DNA from: a virus
Lineage: Duplodnaviria > Caudoviricetes
IMG/VR virus record: IMGVR_UViG_3300030376_001980
Coordinates: 1-31,667 of that record
Strand: one strand, 5' to 3'
Length of the DNA: 31,667 nucleotides
Part shown: one piece after another, positions 27,771 through 31,667 of the stretch
How positions within the stretch are numbered: the first letter of the stretch is position 1
Layout of the letters: each line of letters begins with the position of its first letter
Position numbers and translations under genes: made by a program
The notes under the pieces: generated by a model
What the model was told of the DNA's origin: nothing
Databases searched by the model: none
What the model saw: only the letters and a program-made list of their open reading frames with translations

Positions 27771-28476
27771 CTTCAAGCACCCCCGCTTCGGCCAATGATT
27801 GCCTCAACTCACGCCATTCGGCTGGCGACTTTTCAGCAAAGTGAGCCTGTATTACTGTGAGAACGGACATCGATTGGCCCTCTTCAATAGTTTGAGCCTT
27901 ATCCATCCACTTAGCCAAATCGGTCAATGTTTCTCTAACCTCTTTGTGCATTTTGATTGCTAACTGCAAATCAGCGGCTGATACCATCTCCTCCGAATCC
28001 ATCATTGCATTCTCAACATGATCAAGATGTAATGAGAGAATCCGGTCCATACGGTTCATGTTACGCTCAACACGCTTCAATGATTCATTGACCGTTGACA
28101 TTGCTTTTGGCAATGCTTCAATTTCAACTTGGGTTTGTATCAATGGTTTTGTATGCTTTTCCATGTGGTGAAACAATGCTGATTCTTCTATATCCAATTC
28201 AGCGGCAAAATCCTCGACAGTAGCACGGCCCTCAAGTATTGCCTCCTCAATGATTGCTCTTTCAGAATGTGTGCAAACTGGGCATTCTGAATTACTGTTG
28301 TTGTGATAATTACCAGCGTGCCTCCTCATATGACGGTGAGAGGTTCCTTCAGGCCATCCTTGGTCTTTGTCAAGGGCCTTTACATCTAGGACTCCAATGC
28401 GGATTTGCTGTTCAAAATCATCCCGGTTCGGATGCTGGCAAAAGGCACAATTAGCCCTTGTCTTACGCCCCGCCAT
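27763..28476 (-). CDS. Tandem C2H2/HTH DNA-binding protein with coiled coil, possible terminase small subunit
   Basis: Two repeats CAFCQHPNR...HRHMRRH and CPVCTHSER...FHHMEKH followed by long helices. Confidence 0.55.
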   Translation of the reverse strand: MAGRKTRANCAFCQHPNRDDFEQQIRIGVLDVKALDKDQGWPEGTSHRHMRRHAGNYHNNSNSECPVCTHSERAIIEEAILEGRATVEDFAAELDIEESALFHHMEKHTKPLIQTQVEIEALPKAMSTVNESLKRVERNMNRMDRILSLHLDHVENAMMDSEEMVSAADLQLAIKMHKEVRETLTDLAKWMDKAQTIEEGQSMSVLTVIQAHFAEKSPAEWRELRQSLAEAGVLEDG

Positions 28477-28497
28477 GTATGGCCCATGACAAGTGCC

Positions 28498-28716
28498 TCA
28501 ATTAGACTTTTCATTCAACTTGCCGTGAATTGTGCAATAGTCGCCGTATTTAGCAACCGGCGGTCTTTTACACCTGTTGCCCGATTTTGTTATCGATTTA
28601 CACTGTATTTCGGGATATGCCTTGGGCTTTTTAGGTTCAGGCGGAGTTTCAGTTATTGCTTCCTGAAAATCCTGCATCATAGACAGGCGATACCTGTCAA
28701 TACCGAAAGGAAGCAA
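28498..28716 (-). CDS. Small C3H zinc-finger protein
   Basis: CKSITKSGNRCKRP...YCTIH pattern. Confidence 0.65.
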   Translation of the reverse strand: MLPFGIDRYRLSMMQDFQEAITETPPEPKKPKAYPEIQCKSITKSGNRCKRPPVAKYGDYCTIHGKLNEKSN

Positions 28717-28957
28717 ACTGTTTGATCGCTACCGACATTGTAAAGATTAGGCCGAAAACTCCAAGCATTGCTTGTGTAGTTGAAAGATTTTGGCCTCTCC
28801 ATACTAAAGTAACCAGTGAAAAGAGCATAAAGGCAATGATAAATATCATCGTAGCACTTTCAACTAACATTTTATTTGGCGATACGAAAGCATCTAGCGT
28901 GCTAGAAAGGCTAACAGTTTTCAAGTCTTCGGGTTTATTTTGATTTCCTTCATTCAT
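28697..28957 (-). CDS. Small two-transmembrane protein (holin-like topology)
   Basis: Hydrophobic segments ATMIFIIAFMLFSLVTLVW and AMLGVFGLIFTMSVAI; track start 28999, likely ATG 28957. Confidence 0.65.
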   Translation of the reverse strand: MNEGNQNKPEDLKTVSLSSTLDAFVSPNKMLVESATMIFIIAFMLFSLVTLVWRGQNLSTTQAMLGVFGLIFTMSVAIKQFASFRY

Positions 28958-28967
28958 AATTATCAAC

Positions 28968-29612
28968 TCATATAGCCAGTGTTCCAGCGGCGATTGCACC
29001 GTTCTTCATTGCACTACCCATGCCGCCTTGTTGTTGGACTTGACCACCAAGCATGTTCCCTAGCAAACTGCCAAAGAAGCCGGGTTGGTTTTGTTGCATT
29101 GCCATTGGGTTATGTGCCATTAAGAACATTTGTTGTTGTTGCATTCTTTGCTGGATTCCCATATTTACATTGTTTTGAACCTGCTGTAATGTCAACTGCA
29201 AGTTTTCAGGGGACATTGTTGATAGTTGTGTTGGCATTGAACCTGTGTCGATAACATAATGGTCGCCATCGATCTTAAACTTGACATTTGTGAAAAACTC
29301 TTTCATTGCCAATGTAGTGACACTGCCCATTAATTCAATTAGCATAGCGAAGTTTTGAGATACAATAAAGTCAGACACCGGGTCATTGAAATCCAATAGG
29401 CGGGCTGTTGCGGTGATTGGGTCGTTTGCCATTTGTTGCATCATTGGATTCTGTGCCTGCTGACTCATCATCATTGCACCCATTCCTCCGTTCATGTTGT
29501 TGTTCATACCCATTCCGTTCATGCCCATTCCGTTCATACCTTGCTGTCCGCCAAATTGTTGCGTTCCGCCAAACTGCGTAGTAGTGGAATTATCTTTTGA
29601 AAACCAACCCAT
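28968..29612 (-). CDS. Q/M/G/N-rich low-complexity protein with amphipathic termini
   Basis: Starts MGWFSK; GMNGMGMNGMGMN repeats; C-terminal GFFGSLLGNMLGG; GGAG RBS. Confidence 0.7.
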   Translation of the reverse strand: MGWFSKDNSTTTQFGGTQQFGGQQGMNGMGMNGMGMNNNMNGGMGAMMMSQQAQNPMMQQMANDPITATARLLDFNDPVSDFIVSQNFAMLIELMGSVTTLAMKEFFTNVKFKIDGDHYVIDTGSMPTQLSTMSPENLQLTLQQVQNNVNMGIQQRMQQQQMFLMAHNPMAMQQNQPGFFGSLLGNMLGGQVQQQGGMGSAMKNGAIAAGTLAI

Positions 29613-29616
29613 ATTC

Positions 29617-30579
29617 TTACTCTCCTTTTATCGCTATTCCCTCTTGAGGACTATTCGCCTGTGTCATTGGCACGGCCACCTGATTCATCATGTTTACGCT
29701 CGCCCCCATGCCTAAATACTGATTCTGCATAGATTGGCTTTCTAACTGTAAAGCACGCAAGTCAAAAGTGACCAATACAATATCGGCGACACCACTTATC
29801 GGATTTGGGTGTTGGACCATCGTAATGCCTTTACTATGCGCCGCATCCCTTTGAATCATAGCAAAGAATGGTTCATACTTCTGTAATGACTCCATAGTTG
29901 AACGATTTTGTTTTTTCTGCATACCTTTCATTAAACCAGCAACACCCGGTATTTTCTGAAACCGAGTCCCTTTACTGACCTTTTTGTTGAAACCTTCTGA
30001 ATCTAAATCCTCTTCTTGTTTCAAACTGATAAGTGTGTGATAGATGTGTAAATGTGCTGGACAAAGCGTGCTGTTCATTTCATCTCCATGATCACCGTGC
30101 GTTCTAGCATGAGGTTTACGAGCCTGACCTGTGTCCTCGTCAAACCAATATGTATCTGCTAATGACAACCCTGTGCGTTCATCAACAATGTGTGCATAGG
30201 CATTGTCACCTTCAAGGAATCTCCTCACATCAACACCGCAACAAGCACATTCATAGGCGGCATTATAGCGATAAACCTTGAAAAAACCAAGATTGTAATT
30301 GGGTGGCCTTAGTGCTTTACGAAGCATTTTGATATTCTTTTTGCGGGCCTTTCTAGGATTTTTAGGATTTTTCTTCAACTGTATTTCAACTGTTGGGATT
30401 AGTATATCCTTCTCTCCTTCGACCCCCCCCGATGAACCTGCACTAGCCATTTCAGCCCTTTGTTGGGCTTTTAGTAACTCAAGTCCTATGCCACTTTGAG
30501 CGGACATAACACGCAGTTGTTCATCGGTCATTGCTGTTAGAGATGGACTTCCTCCTCCCATGAATGGGACCCACGACAT
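29617..30579 (-). CDS. Hypothetical protein with polybasic tract and putative zinc-binding domain
   Basis: Track start 30621; ATG 30579 (MSWVPF) has a GGGAGGG RBS. KKNPKNPRKARKKNIK tract; CACC...CPAH ligands. Confidence 0.7.
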   Translation of the reverse strand: MSWVPFMGGGSPSLTAMTDEQLRVMSAQSGIGLELLKAQQRAEMASAGSSGGVEGEKDILIPTVEIQLKKNPKNPRKARKKNIKMLRKALRPPNYNLGFFKVYRYNAAYECACCGVDVRRFLEGDNAYAHIVDERTGLSLADTYWFDEDTGQARKPHARTHGDHGDEMNSTLCPAHLHIYHTLISLKQEEDLDSEGFNKKVSKGTRFQKIPGVAGLMKGMQKKQNRSTMESLQKYEPFFAMIQRDAAHSKGITMVQHPNPISGVADIVLVTFDLRALQLESQSMQNQYLGMGASVNMMNQVAVPMTQANSPQEGIAIKGE

Positions 30580-30621
30580 ATACCCTCCCAGTCCTGACAG
30601 GCTGATAAGGGTGGCGGTCAA

Positions 30622-31356
30622 TTACATACTTTCAATTAAATTGATCAGAACCTTTTCCACATTTAGGCCATGTTGAGCGGATATTGCTTCGACATCCGCC
30701 CTTATCCCCGCCTTCCTCAACCGTTTTAGCCCATCTCTAAACGGATATACAATCGGATGCTCACGCTTCAGGTTCAAATCCCAAAGGACTTTCGCATGTT
30801 GGTCGAACCATATATCCATCTTGTTAATCAAAAAGCAAAACATCTTTGGCTGATACTTCCTCGCCTTCTTTTTCATCTTCCGATTGAATGTCGAAGGATA
30901 GTGCTTTTTCAATAAAGCATCAACTAGGTAGTTAAAACCCGCAACCGCATCCATTCTGCACTGCAAGTTTGTTAAAACTCTATGATCAATCATAAAAATT
31001 ACAACCTCAACTTTGCGGTCAATCATATCTTCTATCCATAGATTGCGGAATTGTGTTTGCCCCCCAATGTCATTATTAGATATAGCCTTCTTATCCTTTT
31101 TCCATCTTAGCAATTTCCTTCTAGCCTGCGGCATTCTGTATCGCTTGTGTGTCGAGTCGTATGCATGAGTCGTTCTAAACTCAAGCGGGATAGGGTCTAT
31201 GTCACCGGGAACCGTTAGATACTGGTCAAGAGTAGTTTTACCCGTCATGGTCGGTCCGTAAATACCAATCTTATGTGGCTTCAAGGTACGATACACTTTT
31301 TTGATCGCATTGAAAGATGCCAATATAACGTGACCTGCTAATAATGTGGAACTCAA
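30622..31356 (-). CDS. Arf/Ras-superfamily small GTPase-like protein
   Basis: G1 GPTMTGKTT, candidate G2 Thr in FRTT, G3 DIGGQ followed by FRNLW, G4 NKMD, G5 SAQ followed by GLNV, all in canonical order. Confidence 0.85.
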   Translation of the reverse strand: MSSTLLAGHVILASFNAIKKVYRTLKPHKIGIYGPTMTGKTTLDQYLTVPGDIDPIPLEFRTTHAYDSTHKRYRMPQARRKLLRWKKDKKAISNNDIGGQTQFRNLWIEDMIDRKVEVVIFMIDHRVLTNLQCRMDAVAGFNYLVDALLKKHYPSTFNRKMKKKARKYQPKMFCFLINKMDIWFDQHAKVLWDLNLKREHPIVYPFRDGLKRLRKAGIRADVEAISAQHGLNVEKVLINLIESM

Positions 31357-31363
31357 GGGAAAA

Positions 31364-31591
31364 TCACTCCCTGTTCGTTATCCACTCCCAAACTTCCACA
31401 GGTCGCATTTCCCCAAAGTTGTCTAACAGAAATAATGTGAGAAATGTTAGAGCGATTCCTCCGAATAACGCCACTACGGTTCGCACCCATCCAGCCAGCC
31501 GTTCCATCCTTCGTTCATAGGCATTTTCAGCAAGGATCTGTGACATTGCTTCTGTTTGCCTTTCCTGTTTGGTGCTAAACGGCCACACCAA
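31364..31591 (-). CDS. Small single-pass membrane protein
   Basis: Hydrophobic VVALFGGIALTFLTLFLL; starts MVWPF; G-rich RBS. Confidence 0.65.
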   Translation of the reverse strand: MVWPFSTKQERQTEAMSQILAENAYERRMERLAGWVRTVVALFGGIALTFLTLFLLDNFGEMRPVEVWEWITNRE

Positions 31592-31602
31592 TACTTCCCC
31601 CC

Positions 31603-31667
31603 TTATTGCTTGTCATCTTCGTTACTACCATCATTGGGGATTCCAAATAATTGTTGTCCTGTGGATT
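31603..31667 (-). CDS. C-terminal fragment of an upstream gene truncated by the window edge
   Basis: Reads ...STGQQLFGIPNDGSNEDDKQ-stop, ending just before the next gene's RBS. Confidence 0.4.
   Translation of the reverse strand, partial: STGQQLFGIPNDGSNEDDKQ

Larger units (their letters stand above)
1..31667 (-). mobile_element. Tailed dsDNA virus genome segment (morphogenesis module), probably an archaeal head-tail virus (magrovirus-like)
   Basis: Co-oriented, tightly overlapping terminase, portal, protease, capsid, adaptor and tail genes; no cellular housekeeping genes; GGTGA/GGAGG-type RBS. Host assignment is inference. Confidence 0.85.

Noticed and set aside
26729-27776. CRISPR array or diversity-generating retroelement repeats
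   Set aside because: The repeats are few, irregularly spaced, in-frame coding sequence, and no cas or reverse transcriptase gene is present in the window.
29595-29612. N-myristoylation signal in MGWFSK
   Set aside because: The resemblance is superficial and N-myristoyltransferase is a eukaryotic enzyme not expected in the inferred host.
534-30499. Numerous plus-strand ORFs and short alternate-frame minus-strand ORFs in the track
   Set aside because: They lie within longer, well-coupled minus-strand genes and read as antisense or frame shadows. Only 8809..8994 occupies its own gap.
30622-31356. Eukaryotic contamination explaining the GTPase
   Set aside because: The gene is intronless, has a prokaryotic RBS and TTG start, abuts its neighbours and shares their orientation.

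Overview
The window is a densely packed, almost entirely minus-strand segment of a head-tail (Caudoviricetes) virus genome containing the virion morphogenesis module. Reading in transcription order (right to left): a cluster of small membrane and low-complexity proteins around an Arf/Ras-like small GTPase, a tandem zinc-finger/HTH protein (possible small terminase), four tiny Cys-rich proteins sharing an AFxxxWxhhK motif, several large low-complexity putative internal head proteins, terminase large subunit, a wHTH plus degenerate LAGLIDADG protein, portal, four small coiled-coil proteins, a 1158-aa protein with a degenerate ATP-dependent ligase domain, prohead protease/scaffold, HK97-type major capsid protein, putative decoration proteins, an enlarged head-tail adaptor, a tail-completion protein and a truncated tail-tube-like gene. 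GGTGA/GGAGG ribosome-binding sites, a TATA-like box before an apparently leaderless gene, and the gene content suggest an archaeal tailed virus resembling magroviruses of Marine Group II/Poseidoniales. That host assignment is inference from recall, not a database result. The most notable signals are the viral Arf-like GTPase/membrane module and a recurring hydrophobic-hydrophobic-Lys processing or capsid-targeting motif. No tRNA, rRNA, CRISPR array or integrase was seen.
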